The notes under the pieces are model-generated. The model was not told the DNA's origin, did not search any database, and saw only the letters and a program-made list of their open reading frames with translations. Source: Candidatus Rokuibacteriota bacterium (GTDB taxonomy: Bacteria > Methylomirabilota > Methylomirabilia > Rokubacteriales > CSP1-6). From it: a stretch of DNA of 64,000 nucleotides. The position numbers and the translations under genes are program-made. Position 1 is the stretch's first letter, and the number at the start of each line of letters is the position of its first letter. Positions 36,722 through 45,770 of this stretch are shown piece after piece. The stretch lies in the NCBI GenBank assembly GCA_005887895.1, contig VBPC01000157.1, positions 69,075 to 133,074 of the forward strand, in the 5' to 3' direction.

Positions 36722-37972
36722 TCAGCCTGAGGCGGGCGCGCTGTGGCGGCGGTGGCGGCGGCCGCCGCGGCGGGAACGACGTCGCCGTTGACCCTCGACC
36801 GGGGGGGCGGCCTCGTGAGCCGCCGGCGCGCCGACCGGTTCCCCGCGCTGGAGGGCCTCGACCTGCGCTCGCCGCGCCTCGAACGTGCGCTCGTCGTCGC
36901 CGTCGTGGCGGCGATCGTCGGCCTCGGGGGCGAACGCGTGCCGGCTCGGTGGCGGCGTCTCCTCGAGCGGCGGCGCCTCGCCGCCTTCGACGAGCGTGAT
37001 CTGCCCGGCCCGACTCACCGACAGCTCACGGATGCGCCGCAGCCGCGTGATCAGGCGCGGCGAGCCGGGCGGCCGGCTGAAGCCGCGCGCCTTCAGCGCG
37101 TTGGCCAGCGAATCGAGCGTGACGGTGGCGCCGGGCGAGCGCTCGATGAGGTCCCGCGCCACGCCGAGCAGCTCGTCGTGCGGCGCCGAGTGGGGCTCGA
37201 GTCCCGCCACGGGCGCGGCCGGCGCCGGGGCGCGGTGGATCGGCGGGCCCGCGTGTCGGCGGCCGCCGCGCCGCCCGCGCCGGTGGCGGCCGCCACCCTG
37301 CGACGGCTCGGCCGGGGCCGGGGGCTGAGGCTCGACGACGGGCGACACGGGCCCCGGCGTCGGCAGACCGGTGAGACGACGATACGAGAGGCGCCGGAAC
37401 GCGATGCCGAGGCTCGTCGCCACATCACCGACCGCGTCGAAGGCGCGGTCGTCGGAGATGATCTCCAGCACGTCGCCCGGCCGCGCCGTGCCGAGCCAGA
37501 CGCCGGCCGCGACCGCGATCCGGAGGTCGCTCCAGTCCTTGACGCCGACCGACGGCGCGCTGTGCAGCAGCTGGGCGCCGTGGCCCGCCAGCAGGCGCGC
37601 GGTGTCGTGACCGATCACACGCCAGTTGCCGACCGCGATGAAGTCGGTCCGCCGCCCCAGCCGGTCGACCGCAAGGTGATCGATGACGCGCGAGATGTGC
37701 TGCACGCGGCTCGTGTTCTCGACGTCGAAGAAGATCGCGCGACGCGTGGTGGGCAGCGGCCGCTCCGGCTCGGCCGGCCGCGCCGCGGCTCGCGCGGCGA
37801 AGGCCAGCTCGGGCTCCGCCAGCGGCAAGGGGCCCCCGCTCGGCTCCGGCGCGAGGTCATCGAGCGGCGGCGGCGTCTCGGGGGCCGCCGCTTCCGGGAG
37901 CGGCGCCGGCGCGCGGGGTCGGCGGCGACGACCGCCGCGGCGGCGTTTCGTGGGCTTTCTGGGTTCCGTCAC
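36722..37972 (-). CDS. NYN-domain (PIN-like RNase fold) protein with C-terminal OST-HTH/LOTUS-like domain and Arg-rich termini
   Basis: NYN acidic motifs IFFDVENTS, IAVGNW, DLRIAV and IISDDRAFD. The C-terminal ~70 aa are LOTUS-like (VTLDSLANALKARGFSRPPGSPRLITRLRRI). I preferred the GTG at 37972 because the codons between it and the ATG at 38053 are GC3-poor. Confidence 0.6.
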   Translation of the reverse strand: MTEPRKPTKRRRGGRRRRPRAPAPLPEAAAPETPPPLDDLAPEPSGGPLPLAEPELAFAARAAARPAEPERPLPTTRRAIFFDVENTSRVQHISRVIDHLAVDRLGRRTDFIAVGNWRVIGHDTARLLAGHGAQLLHSAPSVGVKDWSDLRIAVAAGVWLGTARPGDVLEIISDDRAFDAVGDVATSLGIAFRRLSYRRLTGLPTPGPVSPVVEPQPPAPAEPSQGGGRHRRGRRGGRRHAGPPIHRAPAPAAPVAGLEPHSAPHDELLGVARDLIERSPGATVTLDSLANALKARGFSRPPGSPRLITRLRRIRELSVSRAGQITLVEGGEAPPLEETPPPSRHAFAPEADDRRHDGDDERTFEARRAQVEALQRGEPVGAPAAHEAAPPVEGQRRRRSRRGGRRHRRHSAPASG

Positions 37973-38051
37973 ATCGCGGCCGTGAATTACCGTGCGAATC
38001 GAGGGTATCACGGATGGCGCAGCGTGGCAGGCCGAGTGTAGGATGCGCCGC

Positions 38052-38261
38052 ATGAGCGAGGACCCACGATCGCAGGAAGCCGACGAGCTGTTCGCCCTCG
38101 TGCGGAGCCGCTACGGTGCCCGCCTCACCGCCGAGCAGCTCGAGAGCGTCCGGCGTGGGGTCGCCGCCCTCGTCGAGCAGGCAGCCGCGCTGCGCACGGT
38201 GCGCCTGTCCAACGCCGACGAGCCGGTCCAGCGGTTCACGCCGTTCCGAAGCGACGAGTGA
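38052..38261 (+). CDS. small GatC/AtzG-like protein (DUF4089-like)
   Basis: 69 aa: LTAEQLESVRRGVAALVEQAAALRTVRLSNADEPVQRF. The stop overlaps the amidase GTG (GTGA). A TAGGAT box lies 7 nt upstream of the ATG. Confidence 0.5.
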   Translation: MSEDPRSQEADELFALVRSRYGARLTAEQLESVRRGVAALVEQAAALRTVRLSNADEPVQRFTPFRSDE

Positions 38262-39637
38262 ACCCGGTCTTCCTGCCGGTCCGTGAGCTCGCCGAGGCGG
38301 TCCGCGCGCGACGGATCTCGCCCGTCGAGCTCGCCGAAACGTTCCTCGACCGCCTGGAGCGGCTCGGCCCGCGCTATAACGCCGTCGTCACGCTCACGCG
38401 TGAGCGGGCGCTCGTCCAGGCGCGGCGCGCGGAGGGCGAGATCGCCGCCGGTCGCTGGCGCGGACCCCTCCACGGCATCCCCTACGGCGCCAAGGACCTG
38501 CTGGCGACGGCCGGCATCCCGACGACCTGGGGCGCCGCCCCACTGCGCAACCAGACCTTCGACTTCGACGCCACGGTGATTCGACGGCTCGAGGAGGCCG
38601 GCGCCGTGCTCGTGGCCAAGCTTGCGATGGTCGAGCTGGCCGGCGGCATGGGTTACCGCCAGCCGAACGCGTCCTTCACGGGGCCCGGCATCTCACCGTG
38701 GGGCGCGGAGGCGTGGAGCGGCGGCTCGTCGAGCGGCTCGGGCTCGGCGGTCGGCGCGGGGCTGGTGCCCTTTGCGATCGGCTCGGAGACCTGGGGCTCG
38801 ATCCTGTCCCCCGCCGCCTACTGCGGCATCAGCGGGCTGCGGCCGACCTACGGGCGCGTGAGCCGCCACGGCGCCATGGCGCTCTGCTGGACGCTCGACA
38901 AGCTCGGCCCGCTCGCGCTGACCGCCGACGACTGCGGCCTCGTGCTCGGCGCGATCGCCGGCGCCGATCCGCGCGACCCGAGCGCCGTCGACCGGCCGTT
39001 CGCGTACGAGGCGGGCGACACGACGGGCCGGCGCTTCAGGTTCGGCGTGCTGCGCGACGTCGCCGACAACGCCGAGCCCGCCGTGCAGGCCAGCTTCGCG
39101 CGCTCGCTGGAGACGCTGCAAAAGATCGGCACCGTACAGGAGGTGACGCTGGCCGACCTGCCCTACGAGGCGATCACGCGGACCATCCTGTACGCCGAGG
39201 CGGCGAGCGCGTTCGAGGACCTGATCGAAAGCGGCGGCATCGCCGGCCTCACGGCGCCCGAGGACCACTACACGCCGTACGCGCGCGATGCGATTCTCGC
39301 CAAGGACTACATCAAGGCGCTGCGCCTGCGCGCGCTCGTGATGCGCGAGGCCGATCGCGCGCTCGCGCCCTTCGACGCGCTGGTCGCGCCGGGACGGCCG
39401 GCCACGGCCCCTGCGCTCGACCAGGAGTTCCGCGACCTGCATCGGCCAGCCCGCGATCCGATGGGCGCCATCGGCAACGTCGCCGGACTGCCGGCGATCG
39501 CCGTGCCGAACGGCTTCAGCGAGCGCGGTCTGCCGACCTCGCTGCAGTTCATGGGACGCGCGTGGGAGGATAACACGGTCCTCGCCGCCGCTCGCGCGTG
39601 GCAATCGATCACCGACCATCATTCACGGCGGCCGTAG
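38258..39637 (+). CDS. amidase (amidase-signature family, GatA/AtzE-like)
   Basis: AS signature GGSSSGSGSAVGAGLVPFAIGSETWGSILSPAAYCGISGLRPTYGRVSRHG, with the catalytic Lys region YGAKDLL. Confidence 0.85.
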   Translation: MNPVFLPVRELAEAVRARRISPVELAETFLDRLERLGPRYNAVVTLTRERALVQARRAEGEIAAGRWRGPLHGIPYGAKDLLATAGIPTTWGAAPLRNQTFDFDATVIRRLEEAGAVLVAKLAMVELAGGMGYRQPNASFTGPGISPWGAEAWSGGSSSGSGSAVGAGLVPFAIGSETWGSILSPAAYCGISGLRPTYGRVSRHGAMALCWTLDKLGPLALTADDCGLVLGAIAGADPRDPSAVDRPFAYEAGDTTGRRFRFGVLRDVADNAEPAVQASFARSLETLQKIGTVQEVTLADLPYEAITRTILYAEAASAFEDLIESGGIAGLTAPEDHYTPYARDAILAKDYIKALRLRALVMREADRALAPFDALVAPGRPATAPALDQEFRDLHRPARDPMGAIGNVAGLPAIAVPNGFSERGLPTSLQFMGRAWEDNTVLAAARAWQSITDHHSRRP

Positions 39638-39709
39638 AGGAGCGCCCCGGCTTTGCCGGGGCGCTCCGAACGTTTGGGGGGTTGGGGGCCATTTCGGGGC
39701 CCCCATCTC
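39638..39709 (+). repeat. double-hairpin intergenic repeat, copy A (bidirectional terminator-like)
   Basis: Sequence: AGGAGCGCCCCGGCTTTGCCGGGGCGCTCCGAAC..TTGGGGGCCATTTCGGGGCCCCCATCTC. Hairpin 1 has a 13-bp stem and hairpin 2 is GGGGGCC/GGCCCCC. It sits between the convergent amidase and coxS-like genes. Confidence 0.7.
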
Positions 39710-39740
39710 TGTGACGCGCCTGCGCTCGCTCGACGACGGC

Positions 39741-40240
<500 letters not shown>

Positions 40241-40244
<4 letters not shown>

Positions 40245-41119
40245 GCCGCCGCCCGCGCCCGGCGCGCCGCCTGCGCGAGCGCGCGCTTGACGAAGACCCC
40301 GGCCATGGCCCGCTTGTACTCCGCAGAGCCGTGAAGGTCGCCGACCGCGTCGAGACGCTCGCCCGACGTCTCGGCCGAGGGCCAGCCGGCCTCGAGCGCG
40401 GCCAGCGGTAGGCCGCTGAGCGCGCGCTCGACCTCCGGCAGCCGCGCGGCGACCGGCCCGACGCAGCCGACGGCGACGCGGGCCTCGGCGACGGCGACGC
40501 GCGCGACGTCGGGCACCAGCAGCGCGGCGACGCCGACCGTGGGCCGCTCGCGCAGGCCGAACTTCAGATAGGCGGCGGCCGCCCGCGGCGGCGGCAACGG
40601 GATCTCGACGTGGGTGAGGATCTCGTCGGGGCCGAGCGCGCTCTCGTAGGGCCCCACCAGGAAGTCGGCCAGCGCCAGGCGCCGCGGCCCGGCGCCGCCG
40701 TGCAGCACGACGCGCGCCTCGTGGACCAGCAGCGCGGTCGGCGGGTCGGAGTGTGGCTCGGCGAAGCAGAGGTTGCCGCCGAGCGTGCCGACGGCGCGCA
40801 CGCGCACGTTGGCGACCTGGCGCTCCATGTCCGCCAGCATCGGGAACCGCGAACGCAGCAGCGGCGAGCGTTCCAGCGCGCGGTGGGTGACGGTCGCGCC
40901 GATCACGAGCGCGGCGCCGTCGGACGCCAGCGCGAGCGTGTCGAGCCCGCCGATCGTCTTGACGTCGATGAGGTGCTCGACGGCGCCCAGGCCCTCCTTC
41001 ATCGCCAGCAGCAGCTCGCTGCCGCCCGCGTAGAGCGCGGCCGACTCGCCGTGGCGCGCGCGCAGCGCCACGGCCTCGGCGGGGGTGGCCGGCTGGTGGA
41101 TCTCAAACGGCGGCAGCAT
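40241..41119 (-). CDS. FAD-binding medium subunit (CoxM-like)
   Basis: Starts MLPPFEIHQPATPAEAVAL.. and contains LYAGGSELLLAMKEG and VRAVGTLGGNLC, with a CO-dehydrogenase flavoprotein C-terminal-like end. Confidence 0.85.
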
Positions 41120-41570
41120 CGCCGCCCTCGAAGAGCGTCGCCAGGTTCGTCGCGAAGCGATCGAGCGTCTCGCGCGTCTTGCGCTCGATGACGCCCTGTC
41201 CCAGCGCGGCGAGCTTGCCGCCGACGTCCGCCTGGCCGACGAGCGCAACACGCGTGCCGCCGGCGGCGCCGGCCTCGAGCGTGACGGTGAGGTGCACGGT
41301 CACGGGGCTCCCGAGCACGCCGTCGCGGCCGGAGGCGTCGACGACGAGACGGATCGGCGCCGTCGCCTCGACCTGGACGTCGAGCGGGATCGCCAGGCGA
41401 AACGGCCCCACGCGGTCGCGGATCGTCGCGCGGTAGCGGCGCTCCGCCTCGAGTGTCTCGACGCCGTCGCAGCCGGGAATGCACGCCGCCAGTCGCGGCA
41501 CGTCCCACAACCGTCGCCAGACGGCGGATGGCGCCGCCGCGAGAGCAATCACGCGACGGAGCTCGATCAC
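41103..41570 (-). CDS. SRPBCC/CoxG-like protein
   Basis: The GTG start overlaps the coxL-like stop (GTGA). It contains the CoxG-like sequence ..VWRRLWDVPRLAACIPGCDGVE..GPFRLAIPLDVQV.. It is the C-terminal in-frame part of the 901-aa track ORF. Confidence 0.7.
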   Translation of the reverse strand: MIELRRVIALAAAPSAVWRRLWDVPRLAACIPGCDGVETLEAERRYRATIRDRVGPFRLAIPLDVQVEATAPIRLVVDASGRDGVLGSPVTVHLTVTLEAGAAGGTRVALVGQADVGGKLAALGQGVIERKTRETLDRFATNLATLFEGGDAAAV

Positions 41571-43768
41571 GCGCGCGTCCGGGCGCCGGCGGCCCGCAGC
41601 GCCGCCCACACGCGCTCCGGCGTGAGCGGCAGGTCGCGCAGACGAGCGCCCGTCGCCCGCGCGACGGCGTTGGCGATGGCGGGCGCGACCGCGAGGTTGC
41701 CGCCCTCGCCCATGCCCTTGGCGCCGTAGGGACCGGCGCCGTCGCCATTCTCGACGAGCACCGCGCTGAGGGCCGCCGGCAGATCCACCGTCAGCGGCAC
41801 CCGGTACTCGATCATCGAGGCGCTGAGGAGCGAGCCGGAGTCGGAGTACGTCATCTCCTCGAACAGCGTGTGGCCGAGCCCCATGACGACCGCGCCGACG
41901 TCCTGCTGCTCGCAGAGCTGCGGATTGATCGCGCGGCCCACGTCGGCGAGGCCGGTGTAGGACAGCAGGCGGATCACGCCGGTCTCGCGGTCGACGTCGA
42001 TCTCGACGCCGCCCATGCCGATCTCCCAGAAGGCGGGATCGGCGCCGAGGTTGCGCACGTAGCCGCGTCCGATGACCTCGCCGGCCGGCCGCCCATACCA
42101 TCCGCGAACGACGTCGGCCGGCGACAGGCTGCGGCCGCCGACCTGCACGCGGCCGTCGCGCCAGACGGCGTCGGCCGCCGGCACGCCGGCGGTCTCGGCC
42201 GCGAGCGCGAGCAGCTGGGCCTTGATGTCCTGGGCGGCGCGCTGGACCGCGGTGCCGACGATCGTGACGCCCCGGCTGGCGCCGGACGACCAGTCGTAGG
42301 GGCCGAAGCGCGTATCGGGGGACACGACGAGGATCGCGGCACGCGGCACGCCGAGCTCCTCGGCCACGATCTGGGCCAGCACGGTGTGCAGCCCCTGGCC
42401 GACCTCGACCATCGAGCAGAGGATCGTCACGCTGCCGTCGTAGTGCAGCCGCACGATCGCGGTGGAGATCGGCAGCTCCGCCGGGTTGGAAATCCCCACG
42501 GCCACGCCGCGCCCGGTGGCCTCGGGCGACGCGCCGTCGTCCATGGCCTTGACGAGCCGCTTGAGGTCGTCGCCGAGGTCGGCGTCCATGGGGCGAAGCC
42601 CGGCCCGCACCGTCTCGCCGCGGGCCACGAGGTTGACCAGTCGGAGCTCGACCGGGTCCATGTCGAGCGCGGCGGCGAGCTCGTCCATGATCGACTCGGT
42701 GGCCCACACGCTCTGGGGGCCGCCGATCGAGCGAAAGGCGCCGGCCGGTGTCGTGGTCGTGTAGACGTTCTGGACCTCGATCGAGTAGTGGGGCACCCGG
42801 TAGGGCCCCAGCTGCCGCACGCCGGTCTTCTCGGCCACCACCGGACCGAGGTCGGCGTAGGCCCCGCCGTCGAGCAGGACGCGGGCCTGCTTGGCGGTGA
42901 GCGTGCCGTCGCGCCGGGCGCCGAGCTTCACGGTGACCCGCGCGCCGTGCCGCCGGTTCGTGCGCATCGAGCCCTCGACGCCGTTGACGACTTTCACGGG
43001 GCGGCCGACGGTGGCCGAGACCACCGCGGCCAGCGGCTCCAGCTTGGGAAACGACTTGCCGCCGAAGCTGCCACCGACGTAGGGCACCACGACGCGGATG
43101 CGGGCGAGATCCAGCTCGAACATGTCGGCCAGCTCCTGGCGGAGCTGGTAGGGATGGCCCGTGTTGGTCCACACGGTCAGCTCGGTCGGCGTCGCGCTCG
43201 CGACCGCGCCGTGGGGCTCCATCGTGAAGTGGAAGACGCGCGGGAACGTGTACGTCCGCTCCAGCACGACGTCGGCCTCGCGGAAGCCCTGCTCGATGCT
43301 CCCCTGCTCGAGCGTGACGCGCGCACAGATGTTCGTGGCGGGCACCGTCCGCCATCGGCCCTGCCGGCCGAGCGGCGGCGGCGTGTCGTGCACGAGGGGG
43401 GCGGTCGGCAGCAGCGCGCGCTCCACGTCGACCACCGGCGGCAGCGGCTCGTACCGGACGTCGACGAGCCGCGCGGCTCGCACGGCCGTCGGCCGGTCCT
43501 CGGCGACCACGACGGCGACCGGCTCGCCCTCGTAGCGGGCCTTGTCCCCCGCCAGCACGCGCTGGTCCTTGAGAAACGTGCCGAACGGCCGCTCGCCGAG
43601 GACGCCGAGATCGCCGGCGGCGAGGACGGCCAGGACGCCGGGCACGGCCGCCGCGGCCGCCCGCCCGATCCCGACGATGCGCGCGTGCGCGTAGGGGCTG
43701 CGCACCGGCGCGGCGTAGACGACGCCCGGAATGACGAGCAGGGGCGGAATCGTCTCGCGCAGGCTCAT
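41567..43768 (-). CDS. xanthine-dehydrogenase-family molybdopterin-binding large subunit (CoxL-like; substrate unknown)
   Basis: Contains VRSPYAHARIVGI and GGSFGGK, an aldehyde-oxidase/XDH a/b-hammerhead, and MoCo-binding regions (GAFRSIGGPQSVWATES). I saw neither the AYxCSFR nor the AYRGAGR CODH signature. Confidence 0.85.
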   Translation of the reverse strand: MSLRETIPPLLVIPGVVYAAPVRSPYAHARIVGIGRAAAAAVPGVLAVLAAGDLGVLGERPFGTFLKDQRVLAGDKARYEGEPVAVVVAEDRPTAVRAARLVDVRYEPLPPVVDVERALLPTAPLVHDTPPPLGRQGRWRTVPATNICARVTLEQGSIEQGFREADVVLERTYTFPRVFHFTMEPHGAVASATPTELTVWTNTGHPYQLRQELADMFELDLARIRVVVPYVGGSFGGKSFPKLEPLAAVVSATVGRPVKVVNGVEGSMRTNRRHGARVTVKLGARRDGTLTAKQARVLLDGGAYADLGPVVAEKTGVRQLGPYRVPHYSIEVQNVYTTTTPAGAFRSIGGPQSVWATESIMDELAAALDMDPVELRLVNLVARGETVRAGLRPMDADLGDDLKRLVKAMDDGASPEATGRGVAVGISNPAELPISTAIVRLHYDGSVTILCSMVEVGQGLHTVLAQIVAEELGVPRAAILVVSPDTRFGPYDWSSGASRGVTIVGTAVQRAAQDIKAQLLALAAETAGVPAADAVWRDGRVQVGGRSLSPADVVRGWYGRPAGEVIGRGYVRNLGADPAFWEIGMGGVEIDVDRETGVIRLLSYTGLADVGRAINPQLCEQQDVGAVVMGLGHTLFEEMTYSDSGSLLSASMIEYRVPLTVDLPAALSAVLVENGDGAGPYGAKGMGEGGNLAVAPAIANAVARATGARLRDLPLTPERVWAALRAAGARTRA

Positions 43769-43801
43769 GGGCGAGTCGCATCGTGGCCGCGGGCCGGGAG
43801 G

Positions 43802-43830
43802 TTGTCAAGTCGCCGGGCCTGGGCTACAAA
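43802..43830 (+). promoter_or_regulatory. sigma-70-like promoter, leaderless configuration
   Basis: TTGTCA-N17-TACAAA; the -10 box ends 6 nt before the ATG at 43837. Confidence 0.45.
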
Positions 43831-43836
43831 CGACCG

Positions 43837-44814
43837 ATGCCGGTCACTCCCTCGCTCGGCGTCGCCTTCGACGGGCGCAATCCGCTGGCGGTGCTGCGCG
43901 AGCAGGCGCGCGCGGCCGAGGAAGCCGGCGCCGACACCGTGTGGGTGTCGAGCCATCTGTTCCTGCGCGACCCGTTCACCGTCGCCGCCGTCGTGCTCGG
44001 CGCGACCGCGCGCGTGGGGGTGACGCTGCTGGCCGTGAGCCCCCACGCCATGCATCCCGTGCACATGGCGATGGCGGCCGCCACGCTCGACGAGCTGGCG
44101 CCGGGGCGCGTGCGGCTCTGCGTCGGCACCGGCGCGCCCAACGATCTCGCCGATGCCGGCATCGAGCCGCAGCGGCCGCTCCGCACGCTGCGGGAGACGG
44201 TGGACGTCGTCCGCGCGCTGCTGGGCGGCGACGCCGTCACGTACAAGGGCGAGCGGTTCCGCATCGACAACCGCCGGCTGGGACCGGCCCGGCGCCTCGT
44301 GCCGATCGTCCTGGCCGCCACGCGGCCGCGGGCCCTCGAGCTCGCCGGCGCGCTCGCCGACGGCGTGGCGCTGTCGAGCGCGTCCTCGGTGGAGTTCGTC
44401 GGCGCCTCGCTCGCGCACGTGGCGCGAGGCGCCGGCGGCCGCGCCGTCCGCCGCGCGGGGCTCGTCTACGCCGCGGCGGCCGAGCGCGAAGCCGACGCGC
44501 TCGCCCGCTTCCGCCGTCAGCTCGCCATCACGCTGCGCGCCGGCCACCATGCCACGAACCTGCGCCTGGCCGGCGTCAGGCTCGACCAGGACGCGCTGCA
44601 GCGGCTGGTCAGTCGCGAGGACTGGGCGGCGGCCGAGGCGCTGATCGGCGACGAGACCGTGCGTCGGCACACGGCCTCCGGCACGCCGCCCCGGGTGCGC
44701 GAGCGGCTGGCCGCCTATCGGGCGGCCGGCCTCGACGAGATCGTGCTCGCCGGGCTCTACACGCCCGAGGAGACCGCGCGCACGGTCGCGATCGCGCGCG
44801 GCCGCGCCGGGTGA
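43837..44814 (+). CDS. LLM-class (luciferase-like) flavin/F420-dependent oxidoreductase
   Basis: Contains GADTVWVSSHLFLRDP, LAVSPHAMHP and LDELAPGRVRLCVGTG. A promoter-like TTGTCA-N17-TACAAA ends 6 nt before the ATG. Confidence 0.8.
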   Translation: MPVTPSLGVAFDGRNPLAVLREQARAAEEAGADTVWVSSHLFLRDPFTVAAVVLGATARVGVTLLAVSPHAMHPVHMAMAAATLDELAPGRVRLCVGTGAPNDLADAGIEPQRPLRTLRETVDVVRALLGGDAVTYKGERFRIDNRRLGPARRLVPIVLAATRPRALELAGALADGVALSSASSVEFVGASLAHVARGAGGRAVRRAGLVYAAAAEREADALARFRRQLAITLRAGHHATNLRLAGVRLDQDALQRLVSREDWAAAEALIGDETVRRHTASGTPPRVRERLAAYRAAGLDEIVLAGLYTPEETARTVAIARGRAG

Positions 44815-44819
44815 CGCGG

Positions 44820-45770
44820 ATGCGCTTCAGCGTGCAGCTGCCGACCTGCACCGAGGGGCTCGTCAACCCGATCCCGTTCGCCGCGCCGGCGGACTTCGTG
44901 CGCCTGGCCGAGGCCGCCGAGCGGCTCGGCTACGCCGGCGTCTCGCCGAACTTCTACGAGGTGCTGGTCACGCTCGCCACCGTCGGCGCCCGCACCGAGC
45001 GCGTGCACCTCGGCACCGCGCTGATCGTGCTGCCGCTGCGCGATCCCGTGCTTTTGGCCAAGCAGGTTGCCACGCTCGATCGCCTGACCGGCGGCCGCGT
45101 GATCCTCGGCGTGGGCCTCGGCGCCTATCGGGAGGAGTTCGAGGCGCAGTGGCCACGCCGCGCCTCCACGCGTCGCGGCGACATCTTCGACGAGTCGCTG
45201 GCGGCGCTGCGCCTGCTCTTCACCGAGCGGGAGGCGAGCTACGCCGGCGTCCACGTCGCCTTCGAGAAGCTCGAGTGCTAGCCCAAGCCGCGGCAGCAGC
45301 CGTTGCCGATCTACGTCGGCGGCCACAACGAGGCTGCGGTGGCGCGCGCGGCGCGGCTCGGCCAGGGCTGGCTCCCGGGGTGGCGGCCGTTCGAGGAGGT
45401 CAAGGCCCGGACCGCGCTGCTGCGGCGGCTCACGGCCGAGGCCGGCCGCGATCCCAAGGGCGTGGAGGCCGCCGTGCAGTTCACGCTGGTGCTCGGTCGC
45501 ACGGACGAGGAGGCGGTGACCCGGTACCGGCGCACCGGGATGGTGCAGCACCGCCGCTCGCTCGCCGGCAGCGGGCGCGACCCGGAGCTGGCCGAGTCGA
45601 ACAACCTCATCGGCAGTCCGGCCCACGTGCTCGATCACCTCGCCGCCCTCGCCGACGCCGGCGTCGATCACGTGTGCGCCATCCAGTTCCCGCACGAGAC
45701 CGTCGCCGAGATGCTCGAGCAGATGGAGTGGTTCGCGCGCGACGTCATGGCCGTCTTCGCCCGTCACTGA
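44820..45770 (+). pseudogene. LLM-class oxidoreductase interrupted by an in-frame TAG (45279-45281)
   Basis: The N-part (LPLRDPVLLAKQVATLDRLTGGRVILGVGLG..) and the C-part (PKPRQQPLPIYVGGHNEAAVARAARLGQGWLPG..) are in the same frame, separated only by the TAG. Together they form one colinear LLM protein. Confidence 0.65.

Noticed and set aside
45279-45281. In-frame TAG as evidence of stop-codon reassignment or pyrrolysine.
   Set aside because: TAG terminates at least ten other well-supported genes in this window, with stops ending at 15073, 17816, 19642, 20680, 33886, 34428, 39637, 49193 and 53415, and at 494 on the minus strand. No pyl genes were seen.
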